Source: Actinomycetota bacterium
GTDB taxonomy: Bacteria > Actinomycetota > Acidimicrobiia > Acidimicrobiales > Acidimicrobiaceae
Length of the DNA: 64,000 nucleotides
NCBI GenBank assembly: GCA_004298555.1
Contig: SCQM01000161.1
Span: 1,829-65,828 of the forward strand
Direction of reading: 5' to 3'
The notes under the pieces are model-generated. The model was not told where the DNA came from and ran no database searches. It saw only the letters and a list, made by a program, of their open reading frames with translations. A program made the translations under genes and the position numbers. This document shows, in pieces, positions 10,082 to 19,638 of the stretch (positions are counted from its first letter, which is position 1; each line of letters starts with the position of its first letter).

Positions 10082-11335
10082 ATGAACAGAGGGGATGTCG
10101 TACAAGTCAATACCAGTGACAGCTGGAGAAGGGGCGACCGTACGATCGTCGGGCTTCTAACTCTTTCTCATGCAGTTCAGCACTTTTATGGCGCAGGCTT
10201 GGCTCTGACATATCCATTTGTTATAAGGCAGTTCCATGTTTCCTACTCGTCTTTAGGGTTTGTTCTGGCGGTTTCCGGGGTTGTCGGAGGCTTGCTGCAA
10301 GGTGCCGCAGGCCTGGCCAGGAAATATTCGGGCAGATTCCTGCTCTCCAGCCAGAACCTGTCCCTGGCAGTTGTCACTTTGCTTGGTGCAATATCGCCTG
10401 GATTTGCCTTCTATGGGATCATGCGGTTTCTGGGAGCATTAGCGCTTTGGCCGCAGCACCCGGTCGGCTCTGCCTACCTTTCTGAAATGTTTCCCAAGAA
10501 ACGTGGAACTGTATTATCATGGCACACCACCGGTGGCACTTTAGGCACGCTGCTGATTCCCATAGCCACAACCTCGATAATTGCGAATTTCGGTTGGCGT
10601 ACAGCGCTGGTGGCTCTTTCCATTCCTATGGCTATAGGCGGGTTCATAGTGATCGGGAAACTACCGCTTGAGCCGAGCCGTGCCAAAGGCTCCGATGCCC
10701 ACAAGCAGTCGCTTCGCCAGCCAGGCGGACCCTCGATCGGATCTATGGTCTTGAAGAACAAAGCTGCCCTGGTTGTCATCGCCGCTTCTACAGTCTCTGC
10801 GGCCGGTCGTGGTCTTGGAGTTCTGAGTGCCTTTGTTCCAATCTATCTAAAAGATGGAGCACATCTTTCGACGGTTACGGTCGGCCTAGTGTATACAGTT
10901 CTGGTGGGTGGAGGAGTCGTTGGCCCGCTTGTTGCAGGATGGCTATCAGACAAGATCGGGCGAAAAGGCGTGCTGGTCACAGCCTATCTAGGTGGAGCAC
11001 TCTTCATGGTGTTGTTCGTTCAAAAGTATTCATCTGTATGGCTGCTGGCGTCCGTCTCCCTGATCATGGGTATGCTTGCCTATTCCGAATCTCCTCTTAT
11101 CCAGTCGATGTTCTCCGATTCAATTGGACCAAGCCAGGCGCGGGCAGCTTTCGGCATCTTCTTTGCCATTGCATACGGAGTCGGAGCCCTATGGCTCGCT
11201 TTAGTTGGCGTGATCATAGACCACTTCGGGTTTCAGTCAGCCTTCTACCTGATGGCCGGCTCATTTGTAGTCGCGGCCCTCATGATCATGCCGAGATTTG
11301 TCGGCGCTCAGCCTGAAGCCGAGAACGCCTCCTAG
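10082..11335 (+). CDS. MFS transporter
   Basis: 417 aa, about 12 hydrophobic segments. MFS loop motifs (FPKKRG, DKIGRKG). Confidence 0.8.
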   Translation: MNRGDVVQVNTSDSWRRGDRTIVGLLTLSHAVQHFYGAGLALTYPFVIRQFHVSYSSLGFVLAVSGVVGGLLQGAAGLARKYSGRFLLSSQNLSLAVVTLLGAISPGFAFYGIMRFLGALALWPQHPVGSAYLSEMFPKKRGTVLSWHTTGGTLGTLLIPIATTSIIANFGWRTALVALSIPMAIGGFIVIGKLPLEPSRAKGSDAHKQSLRQPGGPSIGSMVLKNKAALVVIAASTVSAAGRGLGVLSAFVPIYLKDGAHLSTVTVGLVYTVLVGGGVVGPLVAGWLSDKIGRKGVLVTAYLGGALFMVLFVQKYSSVWLLASVSLIMGMLAYSESPLIQSMFSDSIGPSQARAAFGIFFAIAYGVGALWLALVGVIIDHFGFQSAFYLMAGSFVVAALMIMPRFVGAQPEAENAS

Positions 11336-11859
11336 GCGTCACTATCGGCTCCCCGAAAATATGAATTCTCACGGAACTGGGTATAAACGCGCTTGTCGTC
11401 ATCGCTCATGTCAGTTCCAGCGATCCAGTCGAGCTTTTCATGATTGTCCGAGAGCACTTCGTTGCATTTCGGACAGATGATGTCAACGGAAATCTCAGCT
11501 CCGCAGCCCTTGTGCGCGATCGAAAGAGGATGCTCTTTGCCTTCATAAAGGTTTCTGTCGCCCCACTGTTTAATTGAAAACAGGACCGTCTTCAAATCTC
11601 TCCCGCTGTCAGTCAGGACGTATTCGTACCTCTTGGGCCTGACCTGGTATAGCTGCCGTTCCAGAATTTCAAAACTCACTAAGCGCCTGATTCGTGACGC
11701 CAATATATTTCTGGCAATTCCCAAGTGCTCCTGGAAGTCATCAAACCGCCTAACCCCCATGAATGCATCTCTCACAATCAGCAGCGTCCACCAATCCCCG
11801 ACAATTTCCAGACTTCGCGCCATAGAGGAATTGGTATTTTCAAAACTTGTCCGCCGCAA
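11332..11859 (-). CDS. HxlR-family transcriptional regulator with C-terminal Zn-knuckle-like extension
   Basis: 175 aa. HxlR wHTH core LEIVGDWWTLLIVRDAFMGVRRFDDFQEHLGIARNILASRIRRL, followed by H-X2-C-X9-C-X2-C (HKGCGAEISVDIICPKC). Confidence 0.8.
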   Translation of the reverse strand: MRRTSFENTNSSMARSLEIVGDWWTLLIVRDAFMGVRRFDDFQEHLGIARNILASRIRRLVSFEILERQLYQVRPKRYEYVLTDSGRDLKTVLFSIKQWGDRNLYEGKEHPLSIAHKGCGAEISVDIICPKCNEVLSDNHEKLDWIAGTDMSDDDKRVYTQFRENSYFRGADSDA

Positions 11860-11937
11860 AAATTTCTCACCTATCCCTTGATCGCTTGAAAATCAACTGC
11901 CGTACCACTTGCCTCTTGGGCGCATGAACAATCCCCG

Positions 11938-12867
11938 TTAACGGCTCTTTCTCTTATCGGAAAGAAACCTGGATACAAGATATCTGAAAGCCTCTTCATC
12001 CGCAATTATCACGCCAAAGAGAACTAGCGCCCCTCCAAAAACAACGTTTCCAGTGACAACCCCCCCAAAGAACAACCAGGCGATTCCAGCCGCAAAGATG
12101 GGCTCGGTTGAAAACACCACGGCTACTTGAGCCGAGGGCACTACCATCTGGTAATAATTCTGTGCCCAAAGAGCAAAGGCGGTGCCGAGCAAGCCGTTGA
12201 ATAAAACCGCCACCACCACCTCTAATGACGTTACCTCTTTGAAGCTGGCAAAGCCAGTATTGTTTCCAATAAATGAAAACCCCAGTGAAAGTGCCGCAGA
12301 CGAAGCGATCCCGATGAATGCGAGCCAAATGGCGTCGACAGAGGTCATTATTTTTTCGACTGCAACAATATCAACCGCTATCAGGAATGCTGACATCAGA
12401 ACGAGCCACGATCCAGACATAGGAGTAAATAAACCGCGTCCTGCGACAAAAGCCAGCCCCACGACCGCCACCATGATCCCAGACCAAATACGCAACGAAA
12501 TCCTGGTGCGAAACAGAAGCAAGGTAATCAATGGGACCATCACAACGTTGGTGCCAGTAATAAACCCGGTTGCGGCTGTCGTCACCGTCAGGAGACCACG
12601 TGATTGAAGATAGAAGATGCCATACAACACAGCTCCCAGCAGAACAGACTGCAATGTGTTGGCGACAGTAATGGATCCCTTCCTGATCCTGGGTAAGAAT
12701 GGAATCAATGCGAGTGCCGCCACGACAAAACGCAGCGTAAGGAATTCATTAACTCCCACGTGCGCCAGAGCGTCCTTGGTGAAAGAAAGCGTGCCGCCCC
12801 AAATTGCAGCTACGCCCAGCAATACCACCGCGCCAAATGACGCGGATTGATGAATTTTGGATCGCAT
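11938..12867 (-). CDS. DMT-superfamily (EamA-like) transporter
   Basis: 309 aa with 10 hydrophobic segments in two EamA-like halves. Confidence 0.8.
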   Translation of the reverse strand: MRSKIHQSASFGAVVLLGVAAIWGGTLSFTKDALAHVGVNEFLTLRFVVAALALIPFLPRIRKGSITVANTLQSVLLGAVLYGIFYLQSRGLLTVTTAATGFITGTNVVMVPLITLLLFRTRISLRIWSGIMVAVVGLAFVAGRGLFTPMSGSWLVLMSAFLIAVDIVAVEKIMTSVDAIWLAFIGIASSAALSLGFSFIGNNTGFASFKEVTSLEVVVAVLFNGLLGTAFALWAQNYYQMVVPSAQVAVVFSTEPIFAAGIAWLFFGGVVTGNVVFGGALVLFGVIIADEEAFRYLVSRFLSDKRKSR

Positions 12868-12928
12868 TCCGGTTGCTACTGGGAGTTGCTGACGATGTCG
12901 ATCATCAATACCTTCTATTCAGACTTGC

Positions 12929-13711
12929 CTACTCTCCGACAAACACAGCCTTTCCAGGCCCGTTAGCGAGAAATGAGCTAACTCCGATCTGGGCATCCTT
13001 GGTACCAAAGACCTCTGAAAATACCAGTCTCTCGACATCCAGGCCGTGCTCGAGCGTTCCGCCAAATCCTACATCAATGGCTTTCTTTGCTAGCCCTTGG
13101 GCAAGGACAGCACCTTTTGCGAAGCTGAGGGCCCATGCATACGCCTCTGAAAATACCTTGTCTGGATCGAAAACTTTGTCCACAAGGCCGATCTCGAGCG
13201 CCTCCTGAGCCGAAACTGCCCGGCCGGAATAAATCAGATCCTTGGCTTTGGCCACTCCGACCAACCTTGGCAATCTCTGGGTACCTCCGCCGCCTGGAAT
13301 GAGGCCAAGCATTACCTCCGGCTGGCCAAGCTTCGAATCCGCAGCTGCTACTCTGAAATCACAGGCCATAGCAAGTTCGCACCCACCGCCCAGCGCAAAG
13401 CCGTTGATCGAGGCAATAGTAACCCTGGGAATACGTGCGATTTTATTCAGAACCTCGTGAAACACTCCTGCGGTTTCAACCGCCTCTTTGATCCCGCCAA
13501 ATTCCGTTATATCGGCTCCAGCAGCAAATATTCGCTCCCCGCCATGAATGAGGACTGCATGTGGAAGTGAAGTTAACAGCTCATCTGCAACTTGGCCCAG
13601 CTGACGCAACAGCTCCTTGGACAAGGCATTAGCCTTGGGCCGGTTCAACCGCACAACTGCTATATCGTTCGAATCCACTTCATATGTCACGAACTTCTCT
13701 GAATCGGGCAT
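12929..13711 (-). CDS. Enoyl-CoA hydratase/isomerase (crotonase family)
   Basis: 260 aa. Crotonase signatures FAAGADI, ING.ALGGGCELAMACD, GL.PGGGGTQRL. Confidence 0.9.
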   Translation of the reverse strand: MPDSEKFVTYEVDSNDIAVVRLNRPKANALSKELLRQLGQVADELLTSLPHAVLIHGGERIFAAGADITEFGGIKEAVETAGVFHEVLNKIARIPRVTIASINGFALGGGCELAMACDFRVAAADSKLGQPEVMLGLIPGGGGTQRLPRLVGVAKAKDLIYSGRAVSAQEALEIGLVDKVFDPDKVFSEAYAWALSFAKGAVLAQGLAKKAIDVGFGGTLEHGLDVERLVFSEVFGTKDAQIGVSSFLANGPGKAVFVGE

Positions 13712-13754
13712 CTTTCTCCTTTAGCTAAAATCCGTTCCCCGCAAATATCACTCT

Positions 13755-14705
13755 CTAATCGTCTTCGAATTTAAGAAGCTCCATGGCGAGTGAATATGGG
13801 TCGATATCACCGCTGATCAGCTCGGCCTTCTTTGCGGCAAAGGAAGGCTCCGACAGCAACTGGCTGACTTTCCGATTTATCTCGGCCTGCACAACATGAT
13901 TCAGCTCCTCCAAAATTCGAGCTTCTCTTCTCTTTTTGCCTATCCCGCTTTTTTCCAAATATTCACGATGAGACTCAATCGCTTCGAATACCTCTTCTAT
14001 TCCTTTGCCCTCCGTGGCAACAGTCTCGATAATCGGAGGTATCCAACCCTCAAAGGAAGACATCTCCAACATGAGTTCAATATCTCTTCGGGTGTCCCGG
14101 CTACCATCGCGATCAGCCTTGTTGATAACAAATAGGTCAGCAATCTCCAGAAGGCCAGCCTTGTTTGCCTGTACGGCATCTCCCCATCCTGGATTTATAA
14201 CCACGGCCGTTGTATCGGCGGCCCCCACAATTTCAACCTCTACCTGCCCTACGCCCACAGTCTCGATGAACACGTAAGGAAACTGAACAGCCGCAAGCAA
14301 GCGGATCGCATCGGGCACCGCCAAAGCCAGTCCGCCTAAATGGCCCCTCGTCGCCATCGAGCGGATAAACACTCCGCCGTCTGTAGCGTGTTCCTGCATC
14401 CGAACCCGGTCGCCAAGTATCGCACCGCCAGAGAATGGGGATGTTGGATCTATTGCAACTACAGCCACTTCCAGGAGACGCTTTCGGACCTGAGAAATTA
14501 GCTGATCCGTCAGCGTTGATTTCCCAGCCCCCGGAGCGCCGGTAATTCCCACAACGTAAGTACTGTCTGCCGAGCCCCAAACCAGTCTTGTCAAATCGCG
14601 GGCAGGTTGGCCACCGCGCTCAACAATCGATAAAAGCTTTGCCAAGGCCACCCGATTCGACTGCTTGGCCTGCAATAACAACTGCTCCGCATTATTAACT
14701 ACCAA
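13755..14705 (-). CDS. meaB: MeaB/ArgK-type G-protein chaperone for B12-dependent acyl-CoA mutases
   Basis: 316 aa. P-loop GITGAPGAGKSTL, ETVGVGQ and NKAD motifs. Confidence 0.9.
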   Translation of the reverse strand: MVVNNAEQLLLQAKQSNRVALAKLLSIVERGGQPARDLTRLVWGSADSTYVVGITGAPGAGKSTLTDQLISQVRKRLLEVAVVAIDPTSPFSGGAILGDRVRMQEHATDGGVFIRSMATRGHLGGLALAVPDAIRLLAAVQFPYVFIETVGVGQVEVEIVGAADTTAVVINPGWGDAVQANKAGLLEIADLFVINKADRDGSRDTRRDIELMLEMSSFEGWIPPIIETVATEGKGIEEVFEAIESHREYLEKSGIGKKRREARILEELNHVVQAEINRKVSQLLSEPSFAAKKAELISGDIDPYSLAMELLKFEDD

Positions 14706-14758
14706 CGATCACTGACTCCTGAAAACATACTTTGCGTTAGTTCATACAAACTGAAAGC

Positions 14759-16048
14759 CTAATTCTGATTCTCTGGGCGGTTCACAAGCACGTGCTCTAT
14801 ATCTGCCCCAACCGCTCTCAAACGGCCCGCGAAATCTTCGTAGCCTCGAGCTATATGAGAAGCACCAGTAAGAATTGTCTCGCTGTCTGCCGCCAGTCCC
14901 GCAAGGGCCAGAGCCGCCGCTGCTCTGATGTCAGTGCCTTTCACAGGGGCTCCAGATAACCGTGCAACACCTCTAATAACCGCGTGATGACCCTCGGTTC
15001 TTATGTCGGCACCCATTCTTCTCAATTCGTCCACGTACTTGAACCTACCCGAAAAGAGGTTCTCTGTCACAATCGAAACCCCGTCTGCAACGCTGAGCAT
15101 GGTGACGATGAGCGGTTTGTAATCCGTCGCCACACCAGGATACGGCAAGGTGGCTACGTCTGTGGCTTTCAGCCTGTCCTGGCAAATCACGTTTATCCCG
15201 TCAGAAGTCTGTGTAATTATCAACCCGATTGCACTCATTTTCTCGAGCACCATGTCCATATACATACTTGGCGCTCCAATCAGGTTTACGTTACCGGTGG
15301 CAAGGCCCACTGCCGCGGCCATTGTTGCAGCCTCTACTCGATCAGCGATAACCCGATGATTGGCGGGAATCAGCTCATCGACGCCTTCCACCTCGATTCG
15401 CGAAGTTCCGGCCCCCGATATCTTTGCTCCCATCTCAATCAGCATTTGGGAAAGATCGATGATTTCGGGCTCCTTGGCAGCATTTTCAATTACTGTCGTG
15501 CCTTTTGCCAAAACGGACGCCATAAGAACGTTATCGGTGGCAGTGTGGGATGGATATTCGAGGACAACCCTTGTCCCCATAAGACCTGCAGTGGTGGCCG
15601 AAATATATCCATGGGAGGCCTCGAAATTGGCGCCAAGCGCCTCCAGGGCGTTCAGGTGGAAATTGATTGGCCTATGGCCGAAGTCGTCACCGCCCGGCAT
15701 CGATACCTCCGTCCTTCGGTATCTGGCAACGAGAGGACCCAACACCACGATGGAAGCCCTTATCTTCTCAACAAGCTCATATGGAGCCCGGGGAATCACC
15801 TCATCCTCGGGTGGAACTACGATCGTGAGGCGACCGTCCACTATGTCCGAAACTGACACGCCCATCGAGCGAAGAAGGTCAGCCATGATCGACACGTCAG
15901 TTATACGAGGAACATTTTCGATCACATGCGTACCCGTAGCCAGGAGGGTGGCCGCCATCAGCTTCAAAACGGAGTTTTTTGCTCCTTTGATTTCGATAGC
16001 ACCCTGCAGAGATCGACCTGGGCGAATTATCAATGCGTCCTCTTGCAA
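14759..16048 (-). CDS. murA: UDP-N-acetylglucosamine 1-carboxyvinyltransferase
   Basis: 429 aa, full-length MurA pattern (KGAKNSVLK...). The active-site loop reads MPGGDDFGHRPINFH, with Asp where E. coli has Cys115. Confidence 0.95.
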   Translation of the reverse strand: MQEDALIIRPGRSLQGAIEIKGAKNSVLKLMAATLLATGTHVIENVPRITDVSIMADLLRSMGVSVSDIVDGRLTIVVPPEDEVIPRAPYELVEKIRASIVVLGPLVARYRRTEVSMPGGDDFGHRPINFHLNALEALGANFEASHGYISATTAGLMGTRVVLEYPSHTATDNVLMASVLAKGTTVIENAAKEPEIIDLSQMLIEMGAKISGAGTSRIEVEGVDELIPANHRVIADRVEAATMAAAVGLATGNVNLIGAPSMYMDMVLEKMSAIGLIITQTSDGINVICQDRLKATDVATLPYPGVATDYKPLIVTMLSVADGVSIVTENLFSGRFKYVDELRRMGADIRTEGHHAVIRGVARLSGAPVKGTDIRAAAALALAGLAADSETILTGASHIARGYEDFAGRLRAVGADIEHVLVNRPENQN

Positions 16049-16144
16049 ATCGACCTCCTTGCCAAGCTAACATTCCTTAAGTCTCAACGAATATAGCTCA
16101 AATCTAACCTTTTAGACCGGAAGAGTACCTTACAAGAGAAAAAG

Positions 16145-17668
16145 ATGCGCAAAAGACACTTGATAACCACTTTTAGCGCTTCGGAGATGGCCGAATTTGA
16201 CCACGAAATGGCCGGGATTGTCAAAGAACATCGAAAAGGTACTTCCAAATCTTTTATAGCCGACAAGTCCATATTTGATCACTACCAGCGCGATATCGTG
16301 CAGTCGCCTGATTCCACCTGGCGCGAGATCATCGAATTTACTCTATATATTCCTGGTATCAGCTGGCTTTTGGCATTGGGTGTCAAACATCAACTTAGGA
16401 GAAGAAGAAGGAGGGACCTTTTCCCATTCTGGCACCCGCCCGTCCAACTCGACTCCGGGACCATCCGCACCGTATGGACACTGATCGGCATCTCATTCCT
16501 GAACAGCTACTATGCGACGCTGCTGGGCCAGTTGCTTACATTCACTGCAAGAGAATTCCATAATTCAACTGCCACGCAGGGGCTTGTTTTGGGGGTATCT
16601 AGGCTTGACATAATACCGGCGCTGATACTTTTGAGTCTTGCCGATCGTATTGGGCGGACAAAGGTAATTCTGTTCTCGACTGCTATGGGAGCTTTGTTCT
16701 CGACGCTGGGTGCCATCTCTCCGAATATCTATTTTCTTGCGGGTGACCAGGTGGTCACTAAAGCCTTTGCCACAGCTTCGATCCTTCTCATTGCGATAGT
16801 CTCGTCGGAGAAGGTTCCTGCCAATGCCCGGGCCTGGTCTTTGGCAGCCCTGGTGATCGGCTCAGCACTTGGTGCGGGTGCCGCAGCGGTTATGCTCCCA
16901 ATCGCCGGCATTTCACCAGGGTCCTGGAGAATTCTTTATGCAGTTTCGATTGCCGCCCTTTTAGTCATCAAACCATTCTCAAAGCATTTGCACGAATCTC
17001 GAAGATTCGAAGTGCTCTCGAAGGCGCCCTACGAGGTACCGGCGGTCAAAAGATCCCGCAAAAACCGGAATGCGTTGATTCTGCTTTCAGTTTCCACATT
17101 CTTGCTGAACCTCTTTACGATTCCGGCATCTCAGTTCAGAAATCAGTTCCTTAGCCACGACAGGGGATTTTCTGCCGCCGCCATCGGCGCATTCACGCTG
17201 ATTACAGCGACTCCGGGCGCCATCGGCCTGGCCCTCGGTGGTCGGCTGTCCGAGACACGGGGAAGAAAACTAGTCAGCGTAGCAGCCCTGGTCCTGGGAA
17301 CTGGCGGCCTTATGCTCGGCTTTCTTTCCCACGGCCTCTGGATTTGGATTTTCGCTTTAGCAGGATCGATTGTTGCTCCGGCAATAGTGCCGGCACTTGG
17401 TGTTTATCTCACAGAGCTTTTCCCGACAAAATACCGCGGAACTGCAAATGGAATCATTGGGGTCTGGGCCCGATTTGGCTCAATTGTCGGGGTAGTGACT
17501 GTTGGATATCTGGGCTCGACGGTATATAACAATGTGGGAACGCCACTAGCTCTAATGGGAGCAGGACCGCTAATCCTCGCGGTAATAGTCTTTTTCAAAT
17601 TCCCGGAAACCAAAGGCCTCGATCTGGAAACAATCAATCCTGAAGACTCCGCATATCACGAGTCCTAA
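16145..17668 (+). CDS. MFS transporter with roughly 100-aa N-terminal extension
   Basis: 507 aa. Multiple TM segments and sugar-porter-like motifs (ADRIGRTK, SETRGRK, PETKG). Confidence 0.8.
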   Translation: MRKRHLITTFSASEMAEFDHEMAGIVKEHRKGTSKSFIADKSIFDHYQRDIVQSPDSTWREIIEFTLYIPGISWLLALGVKHQLRRRRRRDLFPFWHPPVQLDSGTIRTVWTLIGISFLNSYYATLLGQLLTFTAREFHNSTATQGLVLGVSRLDIIPALILLSLADRIGRTKVILFSTAMGALFSTLGAISPNIYFLAGDQVVTKAFATASILLIAIVSSEKVPANARAWSLAALVIGSALGAGAAAVMLPIAGISPGSWRILYAVSIAALLVIKPFSKHLHESRRFEVLSKAPYEVPAVKRSRKNRNALILLSVSTFLLNLFTIPASQFRNQFLSHDRGFSAAAIGAFTLITATPGAIGLALGGRLSETRGRKLVSVAALVLGTGGLMLGFLSHGLWIWIFALAGSIVAPAIVPALGVYLTELFPTKYRGTANGIIGVWARFGSIVGVVTVGYLGSTVYNNVGTPLALMGAGPLILAVIVFFKFPETKGLDLETINPEDSAYHES

Positions 17669-19599
17669 AATCCGCCTTTGCCGCGCAGTCCGGCGAGAAA
17701 TTTTTCATAGGCATCGAACTCAGCCTCAAGAGTTTCTGGAGATGAAAAGCCGTGGCCCTCGCCAGGGAAAAGCATGAACTCGACTGATCTTCCTAACGCC
17801 CTTGCCTCATCCGCAAATCGAACCGCTTGACGGTGGTTTACAACAGGATCGGAGTCTCCGTGCATCAGGAGAAGCGGTATATCGTCAAGCATCTCCGCCT
17901 TAACCGACCGGTCCCTGTAAAGTCGAATTCTATCGGGCAAAGTCCCTACCAGCGAGTCAAAGTAACGCGACTCAAATCTGTGGGTAGAAGCCGCCGAATC
18001 AGCCAGGTCTATGAGCGGATAGGCCGCGATTGCGCCGCAGAACAGGCCTCTGGTCAGACAGACACTGCGCAGAGCTGAATATCCCCCTGAAGATCCCCCG
18101 TTGGCGACTACAGATCCAGGCTTGGCGAGCCCGCGACTGACTAGATCAGACAAGACTGTGAGCAAATCGATGATTTCGACGACCCCAAAACCGGAGTCCA
18201 GCTTCTCGCGAAACGACCTTCCCCAGCCAGTCGAACCACGATAGTCGAAATTCAGTACCTGATACCCGGCCTGCATGAACGCAACATTACGGGAAGAATA
18301 GGTGACCAGGGACTGGTCCGTCGGTCCTCCATGAAAAGTAACAACGGTCGGCAAGTCCTCTTTATCCGATTCGGGCCGATAAAGCCGATAAGGGACATCA
18401 AGTTGCTCAACAAGTTCCAGCTGGACCCTGTGTGCCGGTTCGATATGGTCATGGAGCAAAGTGGAATATGGTGCGATGCCCAGCTCGGGTTCGGCGAGAA
18501 CCGCAGAGTAGAATTTTTCCGTATATGCCCTCCCGATCTCCTTGCGATCTCCTGTCTGGAGGTCATATGTGACGATTACATTTGGAGTTTTGGCACCTGA
18601 ACGGAGTGCGATCACAGAACTTTTTGAGCTCTTGACACCAAAGTGGTGGGCCTTTGCCACTCCCAAAGTCGCTCTCGTCTGCAGGTCAACCTCCAGCAGA
18701 CGACCATGACCTGCCTCGTTTCGTGAAAAATAGATTCTTTTGCCGTCATTGGAAAAATCGAAAGTCCGATTCCCATTGCCCCAGGTCGCACCGGCGAGTT
18801 CCAAATCCTCAGAGACTGCCCTCTCAGCTGACCAATCGGCGAGATTAGCCGTCCATAAGCGCAAAAATGATGGGTCCTCGGCAAGAAAAGCAAGCCGGAC
18901 TCCATCAGGTGAAAATCTCGGCTGAGCCACACGGTAGTCTCCACCTGCGCATACGATAATCTCAGGGCCATGATCCCTACTTTTGATGTCAAGAAATGAG
19001 ATCTGGCTTCGCTGCCAAGGCATGTACGGAAGGGCCCATTCATGCCAGGCAAGCCGAGTGCCGTCAGGGTTTAGGCTGACGTCAAATATGAAATCAGGGC
19101 GTTCCGCAACAAAATACCCGGGCTCTTCGGGCAAGCCGCCAAACGGGCGCAGGACCCGCGGCAATTCTGAGACGACAACCGGATCTGATTTCTCGAAAGG
19201 GTCGAACATTGCAACCCTGTCCCCAAGTATGACCGCCGCAATCCGCGATTCATCGAGGCTTAGGGAGATCTGAGAAACACCTGGTCCGGGGTAGATGTCA
19301 GCCAACTCGCCGGTGGCCAGAACCAGCAGTGCTATGCCGCCCGAACTGGTCACGCAATAGAGTCGTTGCCCATCACGAGAGAGCTGGGTGACACCACCTC
19401 CAAATGGATGTGCCGATTTTACCGGCACCCGGTGCTGCACCTTATTGCCCGGATTTTCCAGGTCCTCCCAAACGACTAGCGATATGCCATCCGATTTCTT
19501 CAAATATGTTGCAAACTTCCCGTCTAAGGATATCTGAGGATCACTTAGGGAGTCGATATGGGAGAGATCATACGCTGACAGTTTGAAAGAATCGCTCAT
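17665..19599 (-). CDS. S9-family serine peptidase (prolyl oligopeptidase/acylaminoacyl-peptidase type)
   Basis: 644 aa. Beta-propeller-like N-half, then nucleophile elbow GGSSGGY, MHGDSDPVV and GEGHGF (Ser-Asp-His triad). Confidence 0.85.
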   Translation of the reverse strand: MSDSFKLSAYDLSHIDSLSDPQISLDGKFATYLKKSDGISLVVWEDLENPGNKVQHRVPVKSAHPFGGGVTQLSRDGQRLYCVTSSGGIALLVLATGELADIYPGPGVSQISLSLDESRIAAVILGDRVAMFDPFEKSDPVVVSELPRVLRPFGGLPEEPGYFVAERPDFIFDVSLNPDGTRLAWHEWALPYMPWQRSQISFLDIKSRDHGPEIIVCAGGDYRVAQPRFSPDGVRLAFLAEDPSFLRLWTANLADWSAERAVSEDLELAGATWGNGNRTFDFSNDGKRIYFSRNEAGHGRLLEVDLQTRATLGVAKAHHFGVKSSKSSVIALRSGAKTPNVIVTYDLQTGDRKEIGRAYTEKFYSAVLAEPELGIAPYSTLLHDHIEPAHRVQLELVEQLDVPYRLYRPESDKEDLPTVVTFHGGPTDQSLVTYSSRNVAFMQAGYQVLNFDYRGSTGWGRSFREKLDSGFGVVEIIDLLTVLSDLVSRGLAKPGSVVANGGSSGGYSALRSVCLTRGLFCGAIAAYPLIDLADSAASTHRFESRYFDSLVGTLPDRIRLYRDRSVKAEMLDDIPLLLMHGDSDPVVNHRQAVRFADEARALGRSVEFMLFPGEGHGFSSPETLEAEFDAYEKFLAGLRGKGGF

Positions 19600-19638
19600 G
19601 AAATCAAGCTAGCTCTTTGACATCGCGGTGCAGTACGA

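Noticed and set aside
14984-16070. Long plus-strand ORFs (290 aa and 236 aa) antisense to murA
   Set aside because: They lie entirely inside a full-length, motif-complete murA on the other strand. Their products are R/S/P/H-rich with no recognisable motif. These are typical shadow frames.
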